Positions 1-63,943 of a stretch of 64,000 nt of DNA are shown here, piece by piece (position 1 is the stretch's first letter; each line of letters begins with the position of its first letter). Origin of the DNA: Lingula anatina (taxonomy: Eukaryota > Animalia > Brachiopoda); NCBI GenBank assembly GCA_051362555.1, contig CM120643.1, positions 17,736,848 through 17,800,847 of the forward strand, in the 5' to 3' direction. A model generated the notes under the pieces. That model ran no database searches and was not told where the DNA came from. It saw only the letters and a program-made list of their open reading frames with translations. The position numbers and the translations under genes were made by a program.

Positions 1-2125
1 TTTCACTTTTCAGCATATATGCAACCTTGTAAACACATTTCAAGGAAAACCGTTAGGCTTGTTGTCACGAAACTCACAGGAGTAATCAATCTTACTAAAA
101 CGCAGGTCAAGTTCGAAAATCAGCATGATCTGGCCACCATTTTAGTAGTTTTGCGGTTTTTTCATTGTTCAGCATATATGCAACACTGTAAACACAATAT
201 AAGAAAAACAGAAAGCCCAATTGTCATTAAACTCACAGGAATGGTCAGTCTTACTAAAACGTAGGTGGAGTTCGAAAATCAGCATAATCGGGGCATTATT
301 TTAGAAGTTATGCTGTTTTTTCACATTTCCTCAGATTTAATTCTTAGGCATCTTAAAAGCCTTATTATTTAAGTAATAAGATACGTAAAAGTGTTTGTTT
401 GACATTTCCTGCATCTTTACAACATTGTTAGTTGATTATATAAAAATGATGGTAAACTTGTTATCATGTATTGTGTAATCAAGTGTCAAAAACGGAAATA
501 AACTCATATCATTGCAGTTTGTCAGATTCAATCATCCACTATGTTCAGAATCTCAGAATGGAGGAAATTGGACATTTAACACTGTTCTATTGATACTTTT
601 CTCATCTCATCAATTTTCTTAGTTGGTCATAAAAAATGGCAGTAAAATGTTTATTTTGTTTTATGTTAAAAAAGTGTTAAAAACGGAAATAAACCCATGT
701 CAGAACAGTGCTGTCTTGTTTCACATTTCCTCAGATTCAATTCTTAGGCATGTTAACAGTCTCATTATTTAACTAATAAGACATGTTAAAGTGTTTGGTT
801 GACATTTCCTGTATCTTTACAACATTATTAGTTGATTATGTAAAACTGAAGGTAAACTTGTTATCATGTATTGTGTAATAAAGTTTCAAAAATGGAAATA
901 AACTCATATCATTGCAGTTTGTCAGATGCAATCATTCACTATGTTTAGAATCTCAGAATGGAGGAAATTGGACATTTAACACTGTTGTATTTATAGTTTT
1001 CCCATCTCATCAATTTTCTTAGTTGATCATATAAAGATGGCAATAACCTGTTAATTTTGTTTTATGTTAAAAAAATTGTTAAAAATGGAAAACAAAAACA
1101 TTTCAGAACAGTGCTGTCTTGTTTACATTTTGGCATTTTCAAGTTGTGACTTTGAAGTTCCATATGGGCCTGAAGACCTTTGCTAGTCACATTTTCTGAA
1201 TATCCATGATACTAATATTTTATTATTAAAATTGATGGTCATTATGCTGTTAAACATTATGTAATATTGCATCAAAATTTGAAGAAACCCCTATTTTGGG
1301 CACTGCTCCCATGATGACCATTTAAGAAAAACAATGTCACTTACTGTTCTCAAACAGTACAGTAAATATGTACAGATGTGTCTGTACATATTGCCATCAC
1401 CTGTATCTGCCGTCGCCGCCATCACTGTCGCCGGCGCTGGCGCCGTGCACTTTCATTGTAAACATGATAAGTGGAAGGCAGTTTTACTTTTTGGCTGTAT
1501 GTTTACAGAGCTGATGAATATTCATAAAACGCAGGTCAAGTTCGAAAATCAGCATGATCGGGCCATTTTAAGGGAAGTTATGCTGTTTTTTAACTTTTCA
1601 GCATATATGCAACACTGTAAACACATTTCAAGGAAAACTGATAGGCCTGTTGTCATGAAACTCACAGGAGTAATCGATCTTATTATAACGCAGGTCAGGT
1701 TTGAAAATCGGCATGATCGGGCCACTGTTTTAGTAGTTATGCTTTTTTCTTCACTTTTCAGCGTATATGCAACACAGTAAATACAATATAAGAAAAACAG
1801 ATGGGCCAATTGTCATGAAACTCACAGGAGTGGTCATTCCTGCTAAAACGCAGGTTGAGTTCAAAAATCAGCTTAATCGGGCCATTATTTCAAAGAAATG
1901 CCGTTTTTTCACATTTCCTCAGATTCATTTCTTAGGCATGTTAACAGTTTCATTATTTAATTAATAAGATACTTAAAAGTGTTTGTTTGGCATTTCCTGC
2001 ATCTTTACAACATTATTAGTTGATTATGTAAAAATGATGGTAAACTTGTTATCGTGTATTGTGTAATAAAGTTTCAAAAATGGAAATAAACTCATATCAT
2101 TGCAGTTTGTCAGATTCAGTCATTA
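1..2125. repeat. Composite tandem repeat: ~160-bp cores plus a ~400-bp duplicated block inside a ~1.59-kb higher-order unit (Helentron/HINE- or pearl-like)
   Basis: Core aaaacgcaggtcaagttcgaaaatcagcatgatc at about 97, 256, 1526, 1686 and 1845. Block 320-720 is repeated at 720-1120 and partly at 1910-2125. Positions 1-535 recur at an offset of about 1588. A perfect 12-bp hairpin (1365-1392) is followed by a GCC/GTC-rich tract. The family assignment is inference. Confidence 0.85.
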
Positions 2126-2589
2126 AAATTTTGCATCAGAATTGACAGTAGCCTATTTTGTGCATAGTTATTTCCTGTTTTTTGTCTGTACATTTGACAG
2201 CTTTGCTGCCTTGTTTAAGAATTTCCGGTACTTTTTAAAATTACTTTTTCTATGGGGGATAATGAGTCAAAGACAGGGATGTCAGACTTGTATTAAAAAT
2301 GATTCTATGCAGTAAAAAGTCATTTTCAATTTAACCTGTGCATTCAGAGACAGTAAAATGATCTTCAGTTGCCTCTCTAATGTGATATGTTGACATAAAA
2401 TCAGCTTAGAATATGTGCAAGTGAAAAAAAAAAAATAAAGAAAATTCAAGATATTGATATCTGTGGTTCTTACACTTTTCCACTTTGGGGACCTTATTTC
2501 TCTTTTCTAAAGGAATATATGGTGTCATGTTATCCTATTGAAAACCGCAGTGGAAAAAAAGATTGGAAAGACAAGATGTGTGATATTCT

Positions 2590-3035
2590 CCGCAGACTCT
2601 TTCTCCTCCAAATAGCACGCTTTCTTCCTCGATCGATTCAAGACATTCCCAGGAAGGGATAGGCTGACACATTTGTGTAGGGTCGTACACTTTGAGTCAA
2701 CCATTTGCAAACTTTTGACCCATGCGTGGACTGAGAACAAAGGCGATTTAGCGCAAACGACTAACAACAACGCTCCCTGCATGCCCGGGTATTGATTAGC
2801 CTCTAATCTCTTGATAGTACCGGGTCTCTATAGTAAAACCAGTTAATAGATTGTGACAGGGCAGAGAATCAAATTTAATACGAAAAAATATTGCATTAGG
2901 CGATAAGTTTCATTATACCCGCGAATTGATCAGGCATGGCTCACAAGCTACAGAAATTGATTTTTTTTTTAACGTCGATCAATAACCAGCACATTGACAT
3001 AAATACTACTTCACGGGGAGATGCGGGCGCTGAAT
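2590..3035. promoter_or_regulatory. CpG-retaining segment, candidate promoter or enhancer upstream of GSE1
   Basis: Visibly many more CpGs than the depleted flanks; contains an inverted GATTAG-cct-CTAATC pair and GATA motifs; non-coding. Confidence 0.35.
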
Positions 3036-5830
3036 TTACAAGCTCAAATATTTATAATGGAGAGGGGGAAATGATAGCTGGGCTCTGGCAATTTCTGAAC
3101 AGAATAAGAATGAAGTACAAAACGACAGCACATTTGTGTAGGAAAAAAATCCAATAATGCCTGAAACAATAAGACCTCTTATCGAAACACATATCAGCCA
3201 AGAATCTGAATGATTAATGCCTCATTGGTTATCCTCTTTGAAGGGCCTCTGTGTTTTAAGATAAGGCACTGTGGATAGTATACTCCAAAGGCAATTCCCT
3301 AGGCTGTAAGTTGTATGCATGTAACCAACAGTAGAAACGGATATCAGGGTTCAGCAGTGGGCCTGTAGGGATGTTCACACTCTGCTCACACAGAGCAAAT
3401 CGGTTTAGGTCCAACTGATGTCAGCAGTCATATTGCAATCAAGTGAGTGTCAGGTCAACTGTAAATCCAACCCTTCACTCTTTGGTGATTATTAAGACTG
3501 TGGATTCTGCACAGTGCCAGGCTATACACAGATGACTCAATTGTGAGAGTTTTTATCGGGGCATTCAAATCGAATGAGATTTTATCCGTCTTTGTAAAAT
3601 GTGAACAGGGTCATTGTAGTTGATGTGGGTAGAGTATAGTAAATAGGCTGCAGGATCAATATCTGACATCAGGGTTATGATCAATTTATGCACTCAGCTT
3701 ATTAGAATATGTGATTAGGCTACATCTACTTCGGGGATATAGAGATTCTGAAGTGGTAGTCAGCAGCGTGGGCTAAAGAAAAAGACTTTAGTGAGTGTTG
3801 AGCATTTGAATGTGTATATGAACAATGGGGCTAGAAGATTAAATTTTTTTCAGTTTTTTTAATGTCACATTTGGAGATGTTTTACAAGGATTATCTGTCA
3901 GTGATGAGAAATTTGTAAGTGATATCACAGTGAATATGTAAGTGATGGCAGTCTGGAATGCAGGCTCATATTCATATACTTGTAAATAGTCACCTTCTTA
4001 AACACCATTGCAGAACTTTCCGCAGATTTTGAATTATTTTGGAGAAATTTCAAACCTCTTTTTCATAAATGGGAGTCATTTTATAAGACAACGAGCCATT
4101 TTTCATGAACATGCATCAAGTGCCCTGAAAAGGTCAGATAAAAAATACAGCGAATTAGGAAGAGTAAAGAATTGCCAAGTTGAACATTACCAGCTCAATG
4201 CCAGTGGCAAATTTAACCAGTGGCAGTCAGCAAAGGAAGCTTACATTGTCATGCATCAGAGTGACACGGGCAGATGGAATTGAAGTGGTGGGAAAAACAC
4301 ATCTGGGCTCTCCTAAGTACAAGTACTAAGGAGTATAGTTATACGTAGTAGTAGTACTACACAGAGCACTAACACACCTATCATATGTTAGTGTAGTGTA
4401 GCCTGCCTGCCCTCATAGTGGAAAAGATTTGTTCAGGCGCTGTCAACTCTCAGTTGACCCACGCGACCTTTAGATAATGTATTAACTGCAGGGAAAAAGC
4501 CTTATCAACACGCACCAGTCACAGATAGTACTGCTGCCGAGAGAGGAGCTGTGAAAATTGCTAGTTTACCCGTGGATACCTGAAGGAGAAAAGACGCAAT
4601 GAGGTTTTTATGAGGGAGATTATTCAACACTGTGTGGAGCATCACAGAGGGGGCTACTGTTAGCGATATGTTAGAGGAAAAAACTAGCGGTGGAAATTAC
4701 TTCTTGACTCGTGGTGTTTGCTGAAAGGAATGAAGGAGGCATGAGGACTTTTTTAAAAAGATAACCTCACACTATTTAGTCTAACTTGGACGGAGAGGAG
4801 ACACGCATTGTTTTCTGTACGGATCCCGTTGGCAGTTTGCCACGCTGTTATGCAACCTATATGACAACTTGTTCAGTGTGATGAACATGCTATGGTTTAC
4901 ACGAAGTCATAAGAGATAAATTGAGTGGAAACATTGCTGGGACCTTAATAAGAAGACTTCAACTGCTGCTATATCACAGTATTCTATACCCGGATGCCTG
5001 TGAAGGAGGGGGAGAGCATGTTGGTGATTTGATTTAAAGGCAAGCTGTGAAAATGACTGCATTAGCTCACTGGGTTACGTGCTGCACAGTAGGTGAAAGT
5101 ATGCTGTGAAGAAAAAAGATATTTGATGACTGCTATTTTTACATTGTCTTTTTTTTATGGAACAATACCTGAGAGGTGAACAGGAGATACATGAAATAGG
5201 GGAGCCTTTTTTTTTCAAAGAGGAGGTGGAAGGGTATGCCTATTATTATCATTCTGATGTCAGTAGTAGTTGTAGTAAAAGATCTAGTGTGCCCAGAATA
5301 ACGTGACTCACGAGTTAAAGTGAGCTGTTTATTATTAAAGCGCAAGCGGGAAAAATAATTGTGGATATTAAGCATATTGGCACGTACGTCCATCACTTCA
5401 TACGAGAAAGGCATTTGGTGATTGTGGATGTGGAAGGGAAGAGGGGAAGATTGTGTTGGAGATAATACGATGGTGGTGTTATTATAAAAGGAAGAGCTAG
5501 AGGAGATATTTACTGCCGCTGTAGAACCAGCAGGGTTGGGGCCCTGTGACTTGGGTGTTCGCATGTGATGTACACTTATGCGAGTTCATGCTGTGCTGTG
5601 GAAGCTCATCCTGATTTCACATGATTGAAGGAGGCAACCTGAGGAGAGAACCCAAGTTTGCCAAAGCGAGATCTGATCATCTCACAGTTCCTGCATATGT
5701 GCATGTGACAGTTGATTTGTTTGTATATGTATAGCAAGTACACATGTTGCCTCTCATGACTCTGCCACCATAGTGCTGCAGATTTATAGTGATTGTTGTC
5801 GTAATTTGAACAGTGACAACAGAAAGAAAA

Positions 5831-58417
<52,587 letters not shown>

Positions 58418-59820
58418 ATTACACTTATGCTGTTCTTTCAGTCTTGCAAAAAAAGATGCTCCCAAACATTTGGACCTGTTACAGATAAAAATGTTCAAAT
58501 ATGGTATGGAAAAGGATGCTGAGAATTGGAGAAAATGCTCATACCACAGTTGCTACAAGCTTTAAAAGTAAAGATACAAAATATGTCAGTTACGAGTGTT
58601 CATATGATCACAGTTCAAGGAATTTAGAAAAAAAGCATCTAATCAATGTCCATGGACTAATGAAAAGAGTAGATCAGTCAAGTTCTTTGGACATTTTGCA
58701 TAGAAGTCAATCCCGTGGTACCCCGAGGTTCAGAATATTGGTGCATGTAATATAGTATTTGGTTGGCTGTAAACTCAGGGTGTTCTTTGTCTGAATGTAG
58801 TAAAGAAAGTAACTGTTTCCGGCAAGTGTCGACCCACTGTGGCCCTTTAAGAAATGTGTTTATGTCAAAAAACTGAACTTATTTTAAGCCTGGGAGTTTT
58901 GTCCACCTTAGTCCAAGAAAAATGCATGCACAAGGCATCTCATCTAAATATCATCTAAAAGAGCCATGGGTGAAAAACATTAGCAGTTTCTTTGTTCTAG
59001 TTAAACAGAAAAAAAGTCTTGTAACCCTAATTTTACAATCATCACTCTGTAGTCTTCACTCATTTAGATGTTGTGCTGAAACAATTATGAAACACATCAG
59101 GGAAAAATTCCTGGTTTAATGATAAATGTTGATAGATATTTACTTAGTCTGCAAACTGAATGGTGAGACTGGTGCACAAGCAGGAACAGATTTATAATGT
59201 CATTGCCAGGCAAATATTGTTTGTGAATAATAACGAATAAAGCTGCTGAGAGTAAATACCATAGAAATATATATTTATTTAGTGTACTAAATGTGGAAAA
59301 AATGTGAAAGTATTAGAATGTATTCATATTGTATTTATGCAGATGATTTCACATTATTAACTGTGCCTTGAGATAAAAGAAGTTCAAATGAAGCAGTTGT
59401 AGAATTGCATATTGTGGAGTACTGTTGTACTGTCGTGGTATCTAAGTTAAATATATTGTAATGTCATAGATGTTGTCTGTTGTTCATATACTGACAGATC
59501 AGAAAGCACTCATACATATATGTAAATTAGTTCTTTGAGTAATGTCCATTTTGAAGTTAGTATAACTCTTTTTATCAAGTGGAAAAAAACATCAGGTTTG
59601 GCTTAACCTTCAGGTTTCATTTCAAGGTTTTCTTTTGGGGGGGGCTTAATTTTCTCACTTTGTGAAATTATTTGTTACTGTAAAGGATGTAACGTGAAAT
59701 GGTGGGAAGTATCCCGAGGACAGCTGAAAGTATTATGTATGATAATAGCCATAGGAAGTAGATACCTTGCTGTATTTCAGTTTCTCTGTGTATGTCATTT
59801 AAATAATGATAAATCATAAA

Positions 59821-59826
59821 AATAAA
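59821..59826 (+). terminator. Candidate GSE1 polyadenylation signal
   Basis: AATAAA followed 20-40 nt later by a GT/T-rich tract (gtgttatgttgttttttttt). Another AATAAA lies at 59236. Confidence 0.55.
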
Positions 59827-59875
59827 TTGCCAATGTTAAAAGTAGTGTTATGTTGTTTTTTTTTCAGATTTGCAA

Positions 59876-59881
59876 TTTATT
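59876..59881 (-). terminator. Candidate GINS2 polyadenylation signal
   Basis: TTTATT, the first minus-strand AATAAA I see after the GINS2 stop, with T-rich sequence downstream on the minus strand. A weaker ATTAAA lies at 60804-60809. Confidence 0.5.
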
Positions 59882-60372
59882 TAATATAATAATATTTACT
59901 TGTTGATCTCTGAAGCAAAAGGAAAATATTCACACGATATATCAAAATTCATTACAATAATTGATAAATTCCATATAAAAACCATAATTATGTGCACCCA
60001 TATTACATGCCTATCCTTACTTTTTTGATGACAAAACATTGAATATGTCTCCCCCTCAAAACCAACAATTGTTTTGATAAGTAAGCTAGGCAGAATAGCA
60101 CGTCCAGTCATACAATTCTTTGTCCTATCTCCTCACCTCTATCCTTAAACTGACAGTTTTTCAAATGGACAGACAGACCCATCTGTCCTTCCATCCAGAC
60201 TATGGCCCTTAAAATGTTCAAACTGAGCTACATCTCAGCATTACATTTGTACCAGTACATTTAACAACATTGTTTGTCTTCACATGAAGAAGTTACCTTG
60301 AAATGGAACCTCTGTGCTAAACGTGGCCAATTAATAAAACAACTTAAATTCACTTGTGAAGAACTTGTCGAA

Positions 60373-60619
60373 GACTGGGTTCCCATGCCTAGATCGATCC
60401 ATCTGGATCGGTCTAACTCCCTGGGGAGTCTCATGAAATTGCTATCAATCAACCGGCTTAAATGTCTGTCACATCTACCGAATCAGCTAGGTGGTAAAGA
60501 TAATTACCCCCTAACAGCTTTACTAGGTGTAAAAGACATTTAAGCCGGTTAAGCTGATAGCAATTTAGTGAGACTCCCCAGGGAGACAGATCGATCCAAA
60601 TATCTGTGGGAATGGTCCC
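60373..60619 (+). mobile_element. MITE family C, copy 2 (long inverted arms), between the GSE1 and GINS2 stop codons
   Basis: Arms 60406-60467 and 60534-60596 are near-perfect reverse complements. Confidence 0.82.
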
Positions 60620-60966
60620 AAAGGGACTATATCATATGTAAGTATTTCTCAAAGTGAAACTGTACAAACTATGTCAGGTACAGAAAGTATATCACTCATT
60701 GTGGAGAGGACCTGTGTTGTGTCATCCAGATGAGCAGTCATTCAATCCAGACAGTCTTGACTGTTTTCCATCCAGTTCCTGAGTCATTCCATACAGGACA
60801 GTCTTTAATCCAGTTTGAAAGTCTTCCAAAGTCAACACAGAAACAATGGTGAATAAAATTCAAATTCTCCAGATTTTCTTCCAGGGAATTCAGAAAACCT
60901 TCAAAATCTTCACCATAAGGTACAAACACAAATAAATAAGCAGTTCAACTCATATTATCCTTCCCA

Positions 60967-61086
60967 TCATTCCTGTGTCTGCTTTAACCCAGTTTGTGTG
61001 TTAGTCCGTAACATGTGCATCTGATCTAGAGCCCGTGTGAGGAAGGGACGTGCTGTGTTTATTTCCATGGGTGTAAGATGGTTTAG
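60967..61086 (-). CDS. GINS2: GINS2 exon 5 (terminal)
   Basis: cttcag|[42 protein letters not shown]. Confidence 0.95.
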   Translation of the reverse strand, partial: LNHLTPMEINTARPFLTRALDQMHMLRTNTQTGLKQTQE

Positions 61087-63894
61087 CTGAAGAAGAAGAA
61101 AGTTTGCATAAAATCAGTCAGCCAACATGAATATAAGGGTTCTTACAAGCTCAGTAATACAGATTTTTTTCAAGCATGAAACAATCCAACTTTTCACTGA
61201 AAGTGAATTATGATGAGTCACATTGCTACAGCATACTCAAGTTGTACTACTAGCAATAATGACGTCAAACTAACCTCCCCCCACCCCCAAATATCAATCA
61301 AGTTGGGGATTGATAGAATGGGGTGGTTACATGTATGGGGTGGGAGAGTAAGACTTGACTGACCATTTTTGGCTCCCTAATCCCCTAAATATAACTGGAA
61401 GCAAGTGACATTATTCTGTGAGCCTCAGTGTGTTTCTTTCCGCTTGGTTAGGTGGGTCAAAAGTAAGGCTGGGCAAACAAGTTAATTTGTATTTGTAAAA
61501 AGGGGGAATGTCCTCTTTGTATCTGCTGACAGTGATTATTACCTTGGCATGCGTGACATCACTTTTTACAAACACATCAATACTGCTCCTTAGCTTGGCG
61601 TTCCTCAAATCCCAGATGTCCTTGATGAGGGTCCGGATCTGGTCTGCTCTTGGGATATCCTCAGGAGCACTGGAGTCGAAAGACAAATCATAGATTGTTA
61701 AAGAGTTATGGCAGTGTCAGGAAAGGAAGAACAAAGGATGGTTTGTCAGAGAAAACAAGTTTAACATAAAGTTTCTTAAGTATGAGTTTTTCTCAGGAAA
61801 ATCTTATTCTGGCATCTTTATTCTGTTTCTAACTGGGCACTGACTTTTTTTTCAATGTGTTGGGAAGAAGATCAATACTCACTACTTCATCAACAGCTGT
61901 GTTATTTCCATGTAATGGTTACTGGGCATTGCAGTGAAGAATTTGTCATCGCTTTCTTTCTGTTTTACTTCTTCAAGTGCATCTAGAATATCAAAGAAAA
62001 TAAATATAATCAGATTATAGTCCTTCTGTGCTAGTGCCAAGTTCAGAGTCAGTTTAGGGCTTTGACTTGAAATTTATGGCAAACAATGAGTATCAATCAT
62101 ATACACCTAAGATCTAATATACCGTTTATTAGATCTTAGTATACACCAAGGCATTAAAAAAGAAATCTGAGACTCAGTGACAAATATTTTATTTTTTGTT
62201 AGTAAAGGTCTAACACACTCTATGCTTTTAACCAATGACCCTCATAAACTTGTTTGGTCACTGATTTAACTAAAGTGTCAATTAACATCTCAGAGAGACC
62301 AAACAGGACTACTACTGAATCAGAGATACGGATACAAGTATCAACACAACGCACCTACATCCATCCACTCAGGTGGTTGTATTCTACATTTCTGCCTCTG
62401 TTTGAGATTCAATGCCATCCACAGGGGGACGTCCACAGGGAGGCTGGGGCTGAAAGGTCCTATCTCACCCTGTAAAGAGAAGCTTTTTATACAAAAAAAA
62501 ATGGAACATCAATAAATGAATTTGCTAGTGAATATGTTGCCAGAGTATTGGGCCTTATGGACTACCTACTCACTGCAAGTAAAGCCAAACTGATATACAA
62601 GATCAGTAAGAATTAACTAGTTAGTAGAAGTTAACCATAACTTGATTCAAGAACTTCTTGCTTGATTTGATTGGTCACTAAATGTGTCATGCCACCATTC
62701 ACAGTGAACATTATCATCCTAGCTACCGTGCACAACCTGCACGGAGACTCTAGCTTGTAAATGCATTCAGATTAACACATCTTGTACTGTACTAGAGTTG
62801 AGTAGAATAAAAAAAGCTAGTCATTATAATAGTGCGTTGCAGGGGCGGATTTAGGGCGTCTTCTGAGTCTTCCGGAAGACAGTCAGATTTTCAAGTTTAC
62901 ATTGACGGGTATCTAATTTTTTCTGTCGGAGGACGGTCAAAAATGGAGGATGGATCAACAAAGATAAGTTGGAAGACTGTCAGAAAATAACTCTGGATCC
63001 GCCCATGCGTTGGAAACAAGAGGAGGCGTGGTAGTCTCTTAATCTGATTGCATTCAGCAGGAGCCCCCGTGGAGTTAGTGCACAGTAATTATAACCAGTA
63101 ATAAGTATTTTTTTAATTTACTTATTCTAAAAAATAACAGCATAGTACATTGACAGCCTTGTGATGCCTTTGCAACAAATAATATTGCTCAGAGAGCAAA
63201 AAACCCTGCAAATGTTGTAAATTCTTTTAAATTTCAATTTACTTTAAATTTTTATTCATTTTTGAATCAAGAAATATTTAGATTTAATTATAAATTAAAC
63301 AAGAAAATGCAAGTTGTATATTTATTCTATCTAAATCAACTTTGTTTTACACTCATTATAATTGCATAAATAATGTCATATTTTTAGTCTATTTCATAAG
63401 TAGATCTCTGATAATAATGTAACTATCTTTTCAATAATAAATAAAACATTGTAAACATATGCTTAAATATGCAACAAAAAAAATAGAAACAAACTAAAGC
63501 AAAAAAAAAAAGTCACGCCACACTAGGGCTCGAACCATCGTCGTCAAAAATCGAGCAAACAAGCAATTAGCCTGCAAAATGCTTTGCAGGCAATCAACGA
63601 CCGTCTAACAACGAACTCATCCAATCGACTGAAAATAGAGTAAACTGGAGGACCATGATCGTCGGTGCCTGCACTTGTCCTGACTTAATTGTTAAAGAAG
63701 AAGAATTCTAAAAAAAAATCACAGAAAATGCAATTTGATAATGCACACAGTGCCACACAGTAAATGGTTTTGGTTCAAGTTTACCCTTGTTTACTTACAC
63801 CAATCAAATAAATCTTATCTTGATTAAAGTTTGGAACCACAGTCACCATCGTCTTCTCCGCTAGAAACTCAACTTCGGCTGGATCCATAGACAT
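60967..63894 (-). CDS. GINS2: DNA replication complex GINS subunit Psf2, 5 exons, 185 aa (183 aa from the second ATG at 63888)
   Basis: complement(join(60967..61086,61543..61669,61883..61982,62355..62469,63799..63894)). Translation [127 protein letters not shown] is clearly Psf2. All introns are GT-AG. Confidence 0.97.
61543..61669 (-). CDS. GINS2: GINS2 exon 4
   Basis: ctccag|[42 protein letters not shown]|gtaata, 127 nt. Confidence 0.96.
61883..61982 (-). CDS. GINS2: GINS2 exon 3
   Basis: ttctag|[33 protein letters not shown]|gtgagt, 100 nt. Confidence 0.95.
62107..62139. mobile_element. 33-bp palindromic micro-insertion with 7-bp flanking duplication
   Basis: TATACAC-CTAAGATCTAATA-taccgtt-TATTAGATCTTAG-TATACAC. 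Confidence 0.7.
62355..62469 (-). CDS. GINS2: GINS2 exon 2
   Basis: tttacag|[38 protein letters not shown]|gtgcgt, 115 nt. Confidence 0.96.
62728..63083 (+). mobile_element. MITE family A, copy 4, interrupted by a family B insertion
   Basis: Degenerate left arm and ttgagtagaata before 62835; ggaaacaagaggaggc...aatctgattgcattcagc right arm after 63012. Confidence 0.75.
62840..63007 (+). mobile_element. MITE family B, copy 2 (168 bp) with CGTTG target-site duplication
   Basis: CGTTG(62835-39)-caggggcggat...atccgcccatg-CGTTG(63008-12). Confidence 0.88.
63799..63894 (-). CDS. GINS2: GINS2 exon 1
   Basis: [32 protein letters not shown]|gtaagt. Confidence 0.95.
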
Positions 63895-63931
63895 TGTTTT
63901 ATCTCATTACTATGTGTTGTCTATGTGATAG

Positions 63932-63943
63932 TTTCGCGGGAAT
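63932..63943 (-). promoter_or_regulatory. E2F-type element just upstream of GINS2
   Basis: TTTCGCGGGAAT (minus strand ATTCCCGCGAAA) about 40 bp upstream of the ATG; E2F control of replication genes is established. Confidence 0.6.

Noticed and set aside
19-1964. ORFs 19..264, 1334..1780, 1549..1809 and 1767..1964 with repeated KTQVKFENQHD motifs
   Set aside because: They are translations of the 160-bp DNA repeat; frames break between copies.
62254-62475. Plus-strand 73-aa ORF
   Set aside because: Antisense shadow of GINS2 exon 2.
63515-63545. Intact tRNA gene
   Set aside because: Only a B-box-like motif; the T-stem and acceptor stem do not pair.
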